This document shows, one piece after another, positions 23,653-37,089 of a stretch of DNA of 64,000 nt. The notes below the pieces were generated by a model that searched no databases, had not been told where the DNA came from, and saw only the letters and a list, made by a program, of their open reading frames with translations. The first letter of the stretch is position 1; each line of letters opens with the position of its first letter. Position numbers and translations under genes: made by a program. Source of the DNA: Squalus acanthias. Lineage: Eukaryota. The stretch spans positions 7,316,001-7,380,000 of the forward strand of contig CM059432.1 in the NCBI GenBank assembly GCA_030390025.1, given 5' to 3'.

Positions 23653-26179
23653 GGCCGCGATTTTGCTGGCGCTCAGAGGGCGGGTTCGGAGGCGGGTCAG
23701 CTGTTAAAATCAAAATGATCGACGGCGGGTTGGGAACCCGCTGCGAACCCGCCTCCATGTAAGTTTCCAAAGTGTCGGGTCTGCGATTTCAGAACAGACC
23801 CGGCACCAAGCGGAAGGGGGGAGGCATTTAATATAGTTAACTGCTTGTTAAGTGCTTGTTAACTACTATTTTGCCAGCCGTTTCCTATTTTCCCACATTT
23901 TTAACGGGGTTCCCGTCACTCAGGGATCACGTCAGGTCAGTAGGTCGGGTTCTCGATGTCTCCCCATTGCTGTGAATAGGTGACAGCTGCAAACGTGGTC
24001 TGAAAGCTACCATTTCACAGCTGGTCACTTTCTAATGTCAGCAGCTTGAGCCTTCAGGACTTGAAAGACACTTTTGAGCTGTATGCAGTTTGGAAGTGTT
24101 TGGAGTAAACTCTCTATCCACTGTCACCTCCTTGGAGCAAGCTCTCTCATCATTGACAGATCGCTTCTGTCATCTCAACTTCAGCTGCCATCTATTCCAG
24201 CAACATCGGTGCCTTTGAAAGAATCTCACCTTGGTCCTCAGAATGCGAACACAATCAGCCCCGACACCAGCATCACCGGGCACACCAGCAGCACCAACAA
24301 CAACACCAACCTTCTCCGCAATCAACTGATGCTCCACAGAACACAGGGCATCAGCACCCGGGAGGCCAGGGATGGCCTCACCATGGCCAGATTTACTTCA
24401 CTTGACGTTGTACACCCTGGCTGCCACATGATGCACCAGGCTAACACCACCCCACACCAGCACCATAAAGCATTCCTACAATGACCAAGCCATTCCTTTC
24501 ACACTCAGCACCATTGCGGGGGGTACCGTTATGTCTCACCATTCACTGCAACTCACTAAGACACTTCCAAAGGTGAGCACAGATCTGTACAATAAGGCAA
24601 AGTATTGAGACTAAAGATTTCAATGTTTGACAACGCACTAACAGAAAATTTACATGAACATTGCATAAGACACCCCAGTGCCTACCCTTGTGTGTTGTTA
24701 GTTGGCATGATTGGACTAGGATGAGGGTGAGTGTGAGGGGTGGCTAGTGAGATGGGGAAGTGATAATGGGCCAAAAATTTGGCCCTTCCCGGGTGAGTAC
24801 ACAGTCCGTACTCACCTGTAATGCGTCCCGAAGTGCCGGTTTCCTGCATGCACTGCGCATGCGCAGGAAACCGGAACTTCCGGTCTGGTGAAGGGGGCGG
24901 TTCCTAGGTGAACCGCGTGCGCGGTAGAGGCTGCGCGCACGCAACAAACTTAGATTTTTTTTCAGGTTTCTACGTGAGGGTAAGTAGTGAAGAAACTACG
25001 CTATTAAAAAGGAGGCGCAGGACCCGTTTTCAACAAGGTAAGTGGTTAATTAAGTATAATTTAAAAACATTTTCAACAGGTTTATCTTTTTTTAGATACT
25101 TTAAAGAAAGGTAAGTTTATTTTTTATCACTTTTAAAAAGTATTTAAATTTTTTCAAAAATTTAAATTTTTGTTTAAAGTGGTTAAATTATTTAACTATA
25201 GTTAATTTATAAATGTGATGGTTTTTAAAAAAAAATTATTTTAAGTTTAGCTGTTCTTTTGGGGCCGATTTCAATTTACAGATTTGACAGGTCTCCTGTC
25301 AAATCTATGAATGAAAGATGGTCTGCTGCCATTGGCTCTCCATGGCCCACGTGATCCCAGGGGAGGCATCGCACTAACTGCGCCCCTGGGACACGCAAGC
25401 ACTGCGCGCCGGCTCTTGGAGCAGGCCCAGGAGCTGAAGTTCCCGTGGGCCCAAAACACAACGGCAGGCGCGGTAGGTAAGAGCGCGCGCGATCCTTACC
25501 CCTGCGGCAAGCCGGAGAGGCGAATTTCTGGGCCATAGTCGATAGAGAGGGATGGGTGGAGGTGCAAGGTAAGTTGGTGTGAGTAAGGATGTGCAGGAGT
25601 AGGGTAGGGAAGGCAGAGTGATGGGGATGTGATGAGTGGCACAGCAGGATGAGTTTGAGTGTGGCTTGGCAGTAACGTTTCGTGATCTACTGAGACACTG
25701 CAGCCTGGTCCTCCTGACGACATCCCTGGTTGTGTCCTCCTGTGCAATGCGCAACCAGGCTGCGTTGATCTCCTGGGGAGGTCTCTTCCGCCCATGGGAA
25801 GGGAAGAGGACCTCCCCGCGTGCTGTGACTCCCTCCATAAGCATATAGAGGGAGTCATGTGAGAGCTTGGGTGCAGCTGTCCACCTCTGTGCAGTGCTTG
25901 TCAGTGTTTGCAGCACCTCAATGCTGTAGAACACTGACAGCACAAATGTCAAAATGAATGTGGCCATGGTCCCTTTAAGGAAACCGGCTGATGAGGCATC
26001 ATCAAATGACGTCATCAGACCCGCTTCCGATTAATTGGCTGAGAACCCCGCAAGGCGGGCTTCACACGGCCAATCAATGGAAAATCCTTTTGACAGAGCG
26101 GCTGCAGCCAGGAGCAGGACCGGAACCCGCCCACCAGCTCTCCTGCTGCCAACCCGTCTCCGCTGGCAAAATCCAGCCC
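23653..26179. mobile_element. PIF/Harbinger deletion derivative with Myb/SANT exon-1 remnant (minus strand, about 25690-25890) and a nested MITE
   Basis: TIR GGCCGCGATTTTGCTGGCG vs GGGCTGGATTTTGCCAGCG (14/19); flanks TAT/TCT; AAPKLSHDSLYMLMEGV..VLFP..AAWLRIAQE..RTRLQC. Confidence 0.75.
24768..25534. mobile_element. Harbinger-type MITE with AT-rich core
   Basis: TIR GGGCCAAAAATT / GGCCCAGAAATT; related in reverse orientation to 56240-56982; flanks AAT/ATA. Confidence 0.8.
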
Positions 26180-26589
26180 TCTGTGTTTATCAGCTTGTGC
26201 TGTGTTCGGTGCAGGGTGAATGGTTGAAAACTGCATGCAGAGTGCCATATGCTTTGAATGAATAAATAGTTTTATTCCTGCTATTCTTAGGCAAAGGGTT
26301 ATTTTTGAACACTAACACCTAACGTACAACATGCCCAGCTTAGCAACCTTGCCTCTTCCGCGCAATTATTATCTGTCACTCGGAAATAGCCAGGGCTACT
26401 TGGGTCTAATGACTATAAGGCAGTTCGGTTCTTACCTCACTGGAAAGAGTAACAGCACTGATACTTTTACATTAATAACCTGTTCCTTTATACTCACCCG
26501 CATTAACCTGGACTGGATGTACACTTTTGACAAATCGATGCAGACTTAGAACCAAAAACAACAGCAACAACTTGCATTTATATCTCTCA

Positions 26590-27738
26590 TTCTTAGGCAG
26601 TCCCTCGGAACCGAGGATGACTTGTTTCCACATTAAAAATGAGTTCTCAGGTGACTGATGAGTCCAATGCGGGACCTACAGTCTCTGTCACAGGTGGGGC
26701 AGACGGTGGTTGAAGGGGCGGGTGGGTGGGGTGCTTGGGTTGACGTGCACTCCTTCCGCTGCCTGCGCTTGGCTTCCGCTTGCTCCCGGCGAAGAGACTC
26801 GAGGTGTTCGGCGCCTTCCCGGATGCTTCTCCTCCACTTTGTGCGGTCTTGGGCCAGGGATTCCCAGGTGTCGGTGGGGATGTTGCACTTTTTCAAGGAG
26901 GCTTTGAGGGTGTCCTTGAAGCGTTTCCTCTGCCCACCTGGGGCTCTCTTGCCGTGTCAGAGCTCCGAGTAGAGCGCTTGTTTTGGGAGTCTCGTATCGG
27001 GCATGTGGACGATGTGGCCCATCCATCGGAGCTGATTGAGCGTGGTCAAAGCTTCGATGCTGGGGATGTTGGCCTGAGCGAGAACACTGACATTGCTGCG
27101 CCTATCCTGCCAGTGGATTTGCAGGACCTTGCGGAGGCAGCGTTGGTGGTACCTCTCCAGTGCTTTGAGGTGCCTGCTGGACATGGTCCATGTCTCTGAG
27201 GCATACAGCAGGGCGGGTATCACTGCTGCTCTGTAGACCATGAGCTTAGTTCTGGGTTTGAGGTCCTGGTCTTCAAACACTCTCTTCCTCAGGCGACCGA
27301 AGGCTGCACTGGCACACTGCAGGCAGTGTTGGACTTCGTCATGGACGTCTACCCTTGTTGACAGTAGGCTCCCGAGGTATGGAAAGTGGTCCACGTTGTC
27401 CAAGGTCTTGTCGTGGATTTTGATAATCGGGGGGCAGTAATGTGTGGCGGGGGCAGGTTGGTAGAGGACCTTTGTCTCATGGATGTTTACTGTAAGGCCC
27501 ATGCTCTCGTACGCTTCGGTGAAGGCGTTGACGATGGTTTGGAGTTCGACCTCCGAGTGAGCGCAGACGCAAGCGTCGTCTGCATACTGTAATTCGACGA
27601 CAGAGGATGGGACGACCTTGGATCTGGACTGGAGGCGACGGAGGTCGAACAGTTTCCCGTTTGTTCTGTAAATTAGCTCCACTCCAGCGGGAAGCTTATT
27701 GAGGGTGAGATGGAGCATTGCAGCAAGGAAGATCGAGA
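26590..27738 (-). mobile_element. RTE-clade LINE, 5'-truncated
   Basis: ELQYADD, FPYLGS, AFGRLRKRVF, PALLYASETW, QLRWMGH. Confidence 0.92.
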
Positions 27739-27914
27739 AAACGTCCCAAGGCGCTTCACAGGAGTGATTATCAAACAAAATTTGACACCGAGCCACATAA
27801 GAAGATATTAGGACAGGTGACCGAAAGCTTGGTCAGAGAGGTAGGTTTAAGAAGAAGCTTAAAGGAGGAAAGAGAGGTATAGGGAGGGAATTCCAGAGCT
27901 TAGGGCATTGGCTT

Positions 27915-28376
27915 CTCAGCTGTGGCTCAGTGGGTAGCACCTTTGCCTCTAAGTCAGAAGGTTGTGGGTTCATAGTCCCACTCCAGAGACTTGAGCACAA
28001 AATCTAGGCTGACACTCCCAGTGCAGTGCTGAGAGAATGCTGCACTGTCGGAGGTACTGTCTTTCGGATGAGACGTTAAACCGAGGCCCTGTCTGCTCTC
28101 TTCAAGTGGATGTAAAAGATCCCATGGCACTATTTCGAAGAAGAGCAGGGGAGTTTGTCCTGGCCAATAATTATCCCTCAATCAACATCACTAAAACAGA
28201 TTATCTGGTCATTATCAGATTGCTGTTTGTGGGAGCTTGCTGTGTGCAATTTTGACTGCTGCGTTTCCCACATTACAACAGTGACTACACTTCAAAAGTA
28301 CTTAATTGGCTGTAAAGTGCTTTGAGACGTCCGGTGGTCGTGAAAGGCGCTATATAAATGCAAGTCTTTCTTTCTT
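27915..28376 (+). mobile_element. Deu-domain SINE
   Basis: Full length; possible TSD TTGGC at 27908-27912 and 28377-28381. Confidence 0.87.
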
Positions 28377-28591
28377 TTGGCAGCTGAAGGCACGGCCACC
28401 AATCGTCGACCAATTAAAATTGGGGATGCTCAAGAGGCCAGAATTGGAGGAGCGCAGGGATCCCAGAGGGATATATGGCTGGAGAAGGTTACAGAGATAG
28501 GGATGGGCGAGGCCATGGAGGACAATGTACAATAAACGGTGTAACACAGTGAAATATACATTCTCTGCGCCCCTTGCTAAATAAAAATAAT

Positions 28592-29336
28592 GGTCCGTAT
28601 TTTCCGACCCCTACGGGTGTGTACAAGCTGTGTACACACCCGTAGGGACATCAGAAATGCCGGTTTCAGGCATACACAGCGCATGCGCTGAAAACCGGCA
28701 CTTCCGATCTGTCAAGAATGCTCCTGACAGATCCTCCGCCTGCCCTGGAGAAGGGCCTCTGCGGGTGGAGAGTTCCGCTTTCTGCAGAACCTCCGCCCGC
28801 TGAAAACCCTTAAAAATCTTACGCCTGGTAAAAGCAGGCATATGGCCTGCTTTTAGCAGCATAAGTGTTTAAAAAAGTAAAGTAATAATTTTTTTTCCAC
28901 TCATTTATAATTTAAAAATACTTTTAAAAAAGGTAAGTTTATTTTAGCCCTGTTAAAACTTCAATTTTTTTTTCAAAAAAGTGTTTAAAATATTTAATTT
29001 AATGTAATTTTAACTAATTTTAAAAAGGTGATTTAAAAAAAAATGTATTTAATGTTTTGATGTTTTTTTGAGTGATCTCCATTCATACTTTTGACAGGTC
29101 TTAGCTGTCAGAAGTATGAAGGGGGATTTCCTTCTTCCATTGGTTCCCCATGGCGCATGTGATCCCAGGGACGCTTGCGAACCGCCTGCGCCCTGGGATA
29201 CCTGGGCCCTGTTCATAGAGCAGAGGCCCAGGAGCGGAAATGTCCGGACCTCCGGAGCCCTCGGGTAAGTGCTTTGATTTTTTTCCAGATCGGAGGCCTC
29301 CTCACGCAGGAAGCCTCCGATCGGAAAATATGGGCC
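28592..29336. mobile_element. Harbinger-type MITE with AT-rich core
   Basis: TIR GGTCCGTATTTTCCGA vs GGCCCATATTTTCCGA; TSD AAT at 28589-28591 and 29337-29339. Confidence 0.88.
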
Positions 29337-29491
29337 AATAATTATGTCATCGCTTTCTCTCTGAGCGTAAGGCCGTAATGTATGGACTCACTTCTTATCC
29401 TGTATAACAGGCTACAATCAGAATCTGGCTCAGATGCCCTGCTGGCTGGCCCTGGACATTTTTCAAACACACTGCCTTGCTGCTAATAGCA

Positions 29492-30730
29492 ACATAAGAA
29501 CACGGCAACAGCAGGAGGCCATTCAGCCCCTTGAACCTGTTCCACCATTCAATCAGATCATAGCTGACCTGCGCCTCAACTCCATTTATCCACATTTGTT
29601 CCGTATCCCTTGACACTTTTACCTAACAAAGATATATATGGATCTCAGTCTTGAAAGCGCCTACTGTCCTCACATCCAAAGCCTAATGACAGACTGAGTT
29701 CCGGATTTCCAGTGCCCTTTGTGTGTGAAAATGCTTCCTGATTTCACTCTTAAATGACCTCGCTGTAATTTTAGGATTGTGCCCCAACCAGAGGAAATAG
29801 TATCGACCCTTTTGAAACCCTTTATCATTTTAAACACCTCAATTAGATCACTCGTCAACCTTCTAAACTCATGGGAATACAAGCCAAGCTTATGCAACCC
29901 GTCCTCATACTTTAACCCTTTAAGCCCTGGTATCATCCTGACGAATCTGGGCTGTACCCCTTCCAAGGACAATATATCTTCTCTGAGCTGTGATGCCCGG
30001 AACTGAACGCGGTACTCCAGATAGGCTTATATTCGCTAGAGTTTAGAAGAATGAGAGGGGCTCTCATTGAAACTTATAAAATTCCAACAGGACTAGACAG
30101 ACTAGATGCAGGAAGGATGTTCCCGATGGCGGGGAGTCCAGAACCAGGGGTCACAGTCTAAGGATAAGGGGTAAGCCATTTAGGACTGAGATGAGGAGGA
30201 ATTTCTTCACCCAGAGAGTGGTGAACCTGTGGAATTCTCTACCACAGAAGGCAGTTGAGGCCAAATCATTAAATATATTCAAGAAGGAGATAGATATATT
30301 TCTTAAGGCTAAAGGGATCAAGGGATATGGGGAGAAAGCAGGGACAGGGTACTGAGTTTGGATGATCAGCCATGATCTCATTAAATGGCGGAGCAGGCTC
30401 GAGGGGCCGAATGGCCTACTCCTGCTCCTATCTTCTATGTTTCTGACCAAGGCTCTGTACAACTGGTGCATCACTTCCTCACTTTTGAATTCAAACTCCC
30501 TTGAGAAAAAGACCGACATTCCATTAGCCTGTTTGATTACTTTCTGTGCCTGCCCACCAGCTTTTCGTGATTTGAGTACATGGACGCCTAAATCCCTTTG
30601 CTCCTCCACAGCTCTGAGTCTCTCACCACTAAGAAAAAAAAAAATCCAATTTGTCTTTCTCAGATCCAAGGCAGATGACCTTACACATTCAATTCCATCT
30701 GCCAGAGTTTTGCTCACTTACTGTCTGTCT
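29492..30730 (-). mobile_element. CR1-type LINE fragment split by an opposite-strand CR1
   Basis: SLEGVQPRFVRMIPGLKGL; EEQRDLGVHV..KQANGM..QLYRALVR. Confidence 0.82.
30026..30443 (+). mobile_element. CR1/HER1-type LINE 3' fragment
   Basis: LEFRRMRG..RTEMRRNFFTQRVVNLWNSL; TTCTATGTTT tail. Confidence 0.88.
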
Positions 30731-30735
30731 ATGTA

Positions 30736-31135
30736 AAGAAAGAAAGCCTTGCATTTATATGGCCTTTCACAACTTCAGGGCATCCCAAAGCGCTTTACAG
30801 CCAATGAAGTACTTTTGAAGTGTAGTCACTGTCGCTCCCACAAACAGCAATGTGATAATGACCAGGTAATCTGTTCTACTGACGTCGATTGAAGGATAAA
30901 TATTGGCCAGGACACCGGGGTGAACTCCCTTGCTCTTCTTCGAAATAGTGCCACGGGATCTTTTGTTGTCCACCTGAGGGGGCAGACGGGGCACTCGGTT
31001 TAACATCTCATTCGAAAGACGGCACCTCCAACAGTGCAGCACTCCCTCAGCACTGCACTGGAGTGTCAGCCTAGATTTTTGTTCTCATGTCTGTGGAGTG
31101 GGCTTTGAACCCACCACCTTCCATCTCTGAGGCAA
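30736..31135 (-). mobile_element. Deu-domain SINE
   Basis: Homology with an internal deletion. Confidence 0.83.
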
Positions 31136-32722
31136 GTTTTTTTTTCATTCGTTCCTGGGATGTGGGCGTCGCTGGCAAGGCTGCCATTTACTGCCCATCC
31201 CTAGTTGCCCTTGAGAAGGTGGTGGTGAGCCGCCTTCTTGAACCGCTGCAGTCCGTGTGGTGAAGGTACTCCCACAGTGCTGTTAGGTAGGGAGTTCCAG
31301 GATTTTGACCCAGCGACGATAATGGAATAGCGATATATTTCCAAGTCAGGATCTTATGTAACTTGGAGGGGAACTTGCAAGTGGTGGTGCTCCCATGCAC
31401 CTGTTGCCCTTGTCCTTCTAGGTGGTAGAGGTCGCGGGTTTGGGAGGTGCTGCCGAAGAAGCCTTGGCGGGTTGCTGCAGAGCATCTTGTAGATGGTACA
31501 CACTGCAGCCACGGTGCGCCGGTGGTTGAGGGAGAGAATGTTTAAGGTGGTGGATGGGGTGCCAATCAAGTGGGCTGCTTTGTCCTGGATGGTGTCGAGC
31601 TTCTTGAGTGTTGGAGCTGCACTCATCCAGACAAATGGAGAGTATTCTATCACACTCCTGACTTGTGCCTTGTAGATGGTGGAAAGGCTTTTGGGAGTCA
31701 GGAAGTGAGACACTCGCCGCAGAATATCCAGCTTCTGCCCTGCTGTTGTAGCCACAGTATTTATGTGGCTGGTCCAGTTAGGTTTCTGGTCAATGGTGAC
31801 CCCCCAGGATGCTGATGATGAGGATTTGGCGATGGTAATGCCAAGGGGTGGTGGTTAGACTCTCGCTTGTTGGAGATAGTCATTGCCTGGAACTTGTGTG
31901 GCGTGAATGTTACTTGCCACTTTTCAGCACAAGCCTGAATGTTGTCCAGGCCTTGCTGCATGCGGGCCTGGCCTGCTTCATTATCTGAGGAGTTGCGAAT
32001 GGAACTGAACACTCTGCAGTCATCAGCGAACATCTCCACTTCTGTCCTTATGATGGAGGGAAGGTCATTGATGAAGCAGCTGAAGATGGTTGGGCCTAGG
32101 ACACTGCCCTGAGGAACTCCTGCAGCGATGTCCTGGGGCTGAGATAATTGACCTCCAACAACCACAACCATCTTCCTTTGTGCCAGGTATGGCTCCAGCC
32201 AGTGGAAAGTTTTCCCCCGATTCCCATTGACTTCAATTTTACTAGGGATCCTTGATGCCGCACTCTGTCAAATGTTGCCTTGATGTCAAGGGCAGTCACT
32301 CTCACCTCACCTCTGGAATTCAGCTCTTTTGTCCATGTTTGGAGCAAGTCTGTAATGAGATCGGGAGCTGACTGGTCCTGGCGGAACCCAAACTGGGCAT
32401 CAGTGAGCAGGTTATTGATGAGTAAGTGCCGCTTGATACCTTCCATCACTTTGCTGATGATTGAGAGTAGACTGATGGGGCGGTAATTGGCCAGATTGGA
32501 TTTGTTCTGCTTTTTGTGGACAGGACATACCTGGGCAGTTTTCCACATTGTCGGATGGATGCCAGTGTTGTAGCTGTACTGGAACAGCTTGGCTAGAGGC
32601 GCAGCTAGTTCTGGAGCACAAGTCTTCAGCACGACAGCCGGGATGTTGTTGGGGCCCATAGCCTTTGCTGTATCCAGTGCGCTGAGCCGTTTCTTGATAT
32701 CAGGTGGCATGAATCGAATTGT
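31136..32722 (-). mobile_element. APE-RT LINE of the 3398-6673 family, 5'-truncated
   Basis: NYRPISLLSIISKVME, QFGFRQ, ALDIKATFDRV, GVPQGSVLGP, MFADD. Confidence 0.9.
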
Positions 32723-32924
32723 GCTACCCACTGATCCACAGCTGATACCCACTTGTAACTTCCTGTTTAATTATATGAAATTATATGAAATGGGGAAGAT
32801 CATGGCATTTGTTAATTTCTATTGAAGCAGCGAGCAGACTTTTGATAAAGGGCTTGGACTGAAGAGGTGGGCTAATGAATTGCCTGAGGGTATGGAGGAG
32901 GGAAATACAGAAATTAAAAAATGT

Positions 32925-33418
32925 AATAAAGGCCTTGGAAAGGGTGCAGAGGAGATTTCCTGGAATGGTGCCAAGGATGAGGTACTTCAGTTACGTGGAG
33001 AGACTGGAGAAGCTGGGATTGTTCTCCTTACAGCAGAGAAGGTTAAGTGGAGATTTGATAGAGGTGTTCAAAATCATGAAGGATTTTGACAGAGTAAATA
33101 ATTGGCAGAAGGCTCGGTAACCGGAGGACACAGGTTTAAGGTGATTGACAAAAGAACCAGAGTGTGAGATGAGGGGAAAATCTTTTACGCAGCAAGTTGT
33201 TGTGATCCAGAACGCGCTGCCTGAAAGGGTGGTGGAAGCAGATTCAATAGGAACTTTCAAAAGGGAATTGGATAAATACTTGACGGGGAGAAAATCACAG
33301 GGATATGGGGAAAGGGCAGGGGGAGTGGGACTCATTGGAGAGCGCTTTCAAAGAGCCGGCACAGGCACGATGGGCTGAATGACCTCATTCTGTGCTGTAA
33401 GATTCTATGAGTCTATGA
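32925..33418 (+). mobile_element. CR1-type LINE 3' fragment
   Basis: ALERVQRRF..RLEKLGLFSL..GDLIEVFKIMK; ATTCTATG tail. Confidence 0.87.
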
Positions 33419-33653
33419 AAAAGTTAAATGTTTCACAAATGAATCTGGTACCTGACTGTTTATCTTGCACAGCAGAAAGCCAATAGGGTGGTCAGAGCCT
33501 GCAACTGCACTCAGATCTTCTCAACAGATTTCTCCCTGACAATGCATGTGACAATCTCAGTGCTCACATCCTATTAGAATGTCACCTACAGGGATCATAG
33601 GAAATAGTAATGGGCAAGTGCAACAGGTAGTTGTGAACATGGGAAAGTCCAGA

Positions 33654-34068
33654 AAAACTTGCATTTATATAGCGCCTTTCACGACCACCGGACGTCCCAA
33701 AGCGCTTTACAGCCAATGAAGTATTTTTTGAAGTGTAGTCACTGTTGTAATGTATGAAATGCGGCAGCCAATTTGCACACAGCAAGCTCCCACAAACAGC
33801 AATGTGATAATGACCAGATGATCTGTTTTTTGGTGGTGTTGATTGAGGGATAAATATTGGCCAGGACACCGGGGAGAACTCCCCTGCTCTTCTTCGAAAT
33901 AGTGGCCCTGGGATCTTTAACGTCCACCTGAGAGAGCAGACGGGGCCTCGGTTTAACGCCTCATCCGAAAGACGGCACCTCCGACAGTGCAGCACTCCCT
34001 CAGCACTGCACTGGAGTGTCAGCCTAGCTTTATGTGCTCAAGTCTCTGGAGTGGGACTTGAAGCCACA
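33654..34068 (-). mobile_element. Deu-domain SINE
   Basis: Core, tail and B box homology. Confidence 0.86.
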
Positions 34069-34508
34069 AGGGAAGATGTTTACATATGCATGTATATATC
34101 GGGCTGGTTTATTTAAAACTGACTGTGGCTCTCCAAGGTCACAAAAGTCGAACAAATTTACAAATTAGATACCAGCAGCATGAGCCGCTGTCACATCCTT
34201 ATTAAAATTCTGATTCCCGACTGCAAATTCGGTACAGTGCGTTTTGCATAGTGTTGTATTATTCTAGTGACTATTTGGAAGGTGACTTTAGTTGCAACAT
34301 TAATATCTAGCCACTCAAGTGTATAACACATGCAAAGAATGCATTTATGCATTTAAAAAAAACAAAAGCCTAAAACTGCAGTCAATTTGCAGACAAAAGT
34401 TTTTTTGAAGTTCATGAATTTTTTATTCTAACCGCTAGTTTACTCAGTGTCTTTGGAAGTCTATCACTGATCAGCACTGCAACAGACCAATTAAACATTC
34501 CCTTTTTG

Positions 34509-34985
34509 GTCAGCTGTGACTCAGTGGGTAGCATCCTTGTCTTTGAGTCAGAAGGTTGTGGGTTCAAGTCCCACTCCAAGGGACTTGAGCACAAAAATCT
34601 AGGCTGACACTCCCAGTGCAGGGCTGAGGGAGTGCTGCACTGTCGGAGGTGCCGTCTATCGGATGAGATGTTAAACTGAGGCCCCGTCTGCTCTCTTAAG
34701 GTGGACGTAAAAGATCCCATGGCACTATTTCGAAGAAGAGAGGGGGGTTATCCCCGGTGTCCTGGCCAATATTTATCCCTCAACCAACATAACAAAAAGC
34801 AGATTATCTGGTCATTATCACATTGCTGTTTGTGGGAGCTTGCTGTGCGCAAATTGGCTGCTGCGTTTCCCACATTACAACAGTGACTACACTTCAAAAG
34901 TACTTCATTGGCTGTAAAGCGCGTTGGGACGTCCGGTAGTCATGAAAGGCGCTATAGAAATGCAAGTCTTTCTTTTTCTTTTCTT
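34509..34985 (+). mobile_element. Deu-domain SINE
   Basis: Full length with A/B boxes. Confidence 0.88.
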
Positions 34986-35084
34986 TAATGTAGAAAAAAT
35001 ATCCCAAGATGCTTGAGAGTGGTAGAATCAAAATTTAAAAATGCCAAGCCAAAGAAGGAGATTATTTAACACAGGTGTTCTAAA

Positions 35085-36050
35085 TTATGAAGGGTTTTGA
35101 TAGAGTAGATAGGGAGAAACTGTTTCCAGTGGCAGGAGGGTCGGTAGCCAGAGGAAACCAGGGGGAGATGAGGAGAAATTTTTTTACGTGGCGAGTTCTT
35201 ACAATCTGGAATGCATTACCTGAAAGGGTGGTGAAAGCGGATTCAATAGTAACTTTATAAAGGGATAATCAAAAAGGCTAATGGAATGCTGGCCTTTATA
35301 TCTAGAGGACTAGAGTACAAGGGGGTAGAAGTTATGCTGCAGCTGTACAAAACCCTGGTTAGACCAAACCTGGAGCACTGTGAGCAGTTCTGGGCACCAC
35401 ACCTTAGGACGGATATATTGGCCTTGGAGGGAGGGCAGCGTAGGTTTACCAGAATGATACCCGGACTTCAAGGGTTAAATTACAAGGAGAGATTACACAA
35501 ATTAGGGTTGTATTCCCTAGAATTTAGAAAGTTAAGGGGTGATCTGATCAAAGTTTTCAAGATATTAAGTGGAACAGATAGGGTAGATAGAGAGAAATTA
35601 TTTCTGCTGGTTGGGGATTTTAGGACTAGGGGGCATAGTCTAAAAAATTAGAGCCAGACCTTTCAGGAGTGAAATTAGGAAACACTTCTACACACAAAGG
35701 GTGGTAGAAGTTTGGAATTCTCTTCCGCAAACACCAATCGATGCTAGATCAATTGTTAACTTTAAATCTGAGATTGATAACTTTTTTTGTTAACCAAAGT
35801 TATTAAGGAATATGGGGCAAAGGCAGGTATATGGAGTTAGGTTGCAGATCAGCCATGATCTCGTTGAATGGCGGAACAGGCTCGAGGGGCTGAATGGCCT
35901 CCTGCTGTTCCTATGTTCCTGTGTAAAAGGATATATACCTGAAAAGGAGAAATCTGCAGAGCTATGGGGAAAGAGCGGGGCGAGTGTGGCTTATTGGACA
36001 GCTCTTTCACAGACCCGGCACAGGAACAATGTGCTGTATGATTCTATGAT
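35085..36050 (+). mobile_element. Two nested CR1 3' fragments (inner about 35266-35921), themselves inside an old L2 tail (about 34986-36145)
   Basis: Inner ORF 35286-35651 LAFISRGLEYK..LEFRKLRGDLI; the outer copy resumes at about 35925. Confidence 0.78.
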
Positions 36051-36330
36051 TAGGAGAGATGACTAAAAGCCTGGTCAAAAATGGTTAAAGGAGAAGAGGG
36101 AAGTGAAGAGGTAGAGGGGTTTTAAGGAGGGAATTCCAGAGCACAGGTAGCTGTATAAGCTAATAAATTTTGTATGAACTAATACATTATACAAAAACAC
36201 AAAGATGTTTGTTATTTAATCTAAAGGTAAAAATATGGCATTGTAAGACGTTTAAATTCACCCTTGTCCTTTAACCCGTCCAACAGTTTCCAAAGTTCAG
36301 ACCCGTGGAACAGACAGCACAAAACACAAT

Positions 36331-37089
36331 GGGCTGGATTTTGTCTTGGGGTCGGGTTGGGGTCGTGTCCTCCACATTTCGTGTTTCCCCCCCGACTCCA
36401 GATTAATGTGGATGAATGATGCAATTTTAACTTAATTGGGCAATTGAGTTCCAGCATGTGGGAACCCATGAACCAATTCGTGGTTTCAGCCTGAAACCCG
36501 CCTCTGATGATGTCATCATTGCTGACTGCCTGCTCTCAGAGATTGTCTGGCTGCTGGTGAGAGAGGACCTGCCTGGCTTTTGATGTGATTGGACCTGGAT
36601 GCAAAATTGATATGAGAGAGAGAGAGAGAGACCGGGAGAGAGAGAGAGAGAATTTTTTTCCATCCAAGTCCTCTCGCAGCAGTCTCTGAAGACATTCAAT
36701 GGAACAGCATCAGAGGCAACTTTCAGGCCTAATACTACTACTGCCTTCATCACATCTCCATTGTAATAGTGGACCTGCAGCTGATAGTCAGCTATCCACT
36801 TGTGCTCCCGCCAGGTTTCACTGCAGTGTTTCACACCAGGCGTACTTCACGTCAGAAAAGGGTTAAACTAGCTACAACGATTCAAAATAGCATTACAGAC
36901 CCAATTTAGGGCTTGTTAAGGGCTGTAATGGCCTCTCCCGCCTCTTGGAGGCGGGAGAGAGTCGGGAACCCGCAACTGATTTTGTCAAAATTGCGTGGAG
37001 GCGGGATGGGGTCGGGACCCCCGACCCCGCAAATTTAACCCCCCACACGCCTCCAAACCCGACTCCATGGGTCATTCAAAATCCAGCCC
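36331..37089. mobile_element. Harbinger-type MITE
   Basis: Perfect 13-bp TIR GGGCTGGATTTTG / CAAAATCCAGCCC; GGGTCGGG/CCCGACCC subterminal motifs; internal (GA)n at 36613-36651. Confidence 0.85.

Larger units (their letters stand above)
26557..28525 (-). mobile_element. L2 3' end split by RTE (26590-27738) and SINE (27915-28376)
   Basis: ACAACAACTTGCATTTATAT | ACGTCCCAAGGCGCTTCACAGG..GAGCTTAGGGC | GGCAGCTGAAGGCACGGCC are collinear with other L2 copies. Confidence 0.8.

Noticed and set aside
34509..34580. tRNA genes at SINE heads
   Set aside because: A/B boxes run straight into SINE body with no full cloverleaf or terminator
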